Source: Myxococcota bacterium (GTDB taxonomy: Bacteria; Myxococcota; JACRCW01). Taken from it: DNA of 18,050 bases. Positions 17,522 to 18,050 of the stretch are shown in pieces; positions within the stretch are counted from its first letter, which is position 1; the number at the start of each line of letters is the position of its first letter. The DNA is taken from NCBI GenBank assembly GCA_040752415.1, contig JBFMGU010000210.1, positions 1-18,050 of the forward strand, in the 5' to 3' direction. The position numbers were made by a program, and so were the translations under genes. The notes under the pieces were generated by a model that was given only the letters and a program-made list of their open reading frames with translations, had not been told where the DNA came from and made no database searches.

Positions 17522-17679
17522 GGCGCGCCCGCGGCACAGCCCAGCCGGAGGGTATCCCACGGACGGTCCGGCTCCCCGGGATGCGCGGCATTTGCCGCCC
17601 GCAACGAAACCGATGCGCCACTTCCGGGTGGTGCCGCAGTGTTTTCGCGTTTCAGCTGGCGTCCTCCTCGGGAGACCCT

Positions 17680-17695
17680 CGGCATCCGCATTGCT
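17680..17695 (+). promoter_or_regulatory. Putative sigma54 promoter for the divergent Cys-rich gene
   Basis: CGGCATCCGCATTGCT: GGCA-N6-TTGCT with GG-N10-GC spacing. AAGGA RBS and ATG 17722 follow at the expected distance. Confidence 0.65.
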
Positions 17696-17721
17696 TGCGG
17701 TCCCAGGCAAGGACCTGCGGA

Positions 17722-18050
17722 ATGACACCACCTCCCAAGCTTGTGGTCTGTCGGATCACCACCACCAACCTGCACACCCCGCGGGGTGAGGAGCGGGTCG
17801 TGTTGGAGGTGGCCTGCCCGCGCCATCGCCAGCCGGTGCCGCTGAAACGGTGCCTGAACTGCGCCGCGTTCCGACGCATGGAATCCACCTCCGCGGGGGT
17901 GCCGCGCGTGTTCTGCGAGCCTTCCGAGGCGGAGGGCGCGGTGCAGGAGACCAGCGCCACCAGCCAGGACACCGCGGAGCGCGTGCTGCGGCCGGCGGTG
18001 CTGGTGGACGGGAGGCGGCGGCTGGTGGAGGTGGAGGAGCAGCTGCTGGG
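17722..18050 (+). CDS. 5' part of a gene (runs off the window) with an N-terminal Cys4 motif, possibly followed by CBS domains
   Basis: Not in the ORF track because there is no stop. Manual translation: MTPPPKLVVCRITTTNLHTPRGEERVVLEVACPRHRQPVPLKRCLNCAAFRRMESTSAGVPRVFCEPSEAEGAVQETSATSQDTAERVLRPAVLVDGRRRLVEVEEQLL. RBS AAGGA and good codon bias. The CBS call is an inference. Confidence 0.7.
   Translation, partial: MTPPPKLVVCRITTTNLHTPRGEERVVLEVACPRHRQPVPLKRCLNCAAFRRMESTSAGVPRVFCEPSEAEGAVQETSATSQDTAERVLRPAVLVDGRRRLVEVEEQLL

Overview
High-GC bacterial DNA (about 70% by eye). The gene content (TPR-CHAT protein, CBS/USP/cytochrome c cluster, several sigma54 promoters) suggests Myxococcota, which is an inference. 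The left half holds a minus-strand GNAT - threonine aldolase - lipoprotein-like TPR-CHAT run, a hypothetical gene, a POT peptide transporter, a small lipoprotein and a small conserved hypothetical. The right half holds a stress/hypoxia-type cluster: CBS protein, monoheme class II cytochrome c, GGDEF cyclase, USP, P2A-type Ca2+ ATPase and a truncated Cys-rich gene. Four correctly spaced sigma54 -24/-12 promoter candidates lie in this cluster, which is interrupted by a lower-GC ArnT/GT-C glycosyltransferase gene. The most striking non-coding feature is at 14469-14780. It is a strictly 21-bp-phased array of CCCGGGA cores with recurring 14-nt modules (order A-B-C-B-D-A-B-C'), followed by an in-register inverted array, so the whole can fold into a long hairpin or cruciform between two convergent genes. 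The CHAT domain appears to lack its catalytic His. No rRNA, tRNA, CRISPR array, transposase or integrase was recognised.
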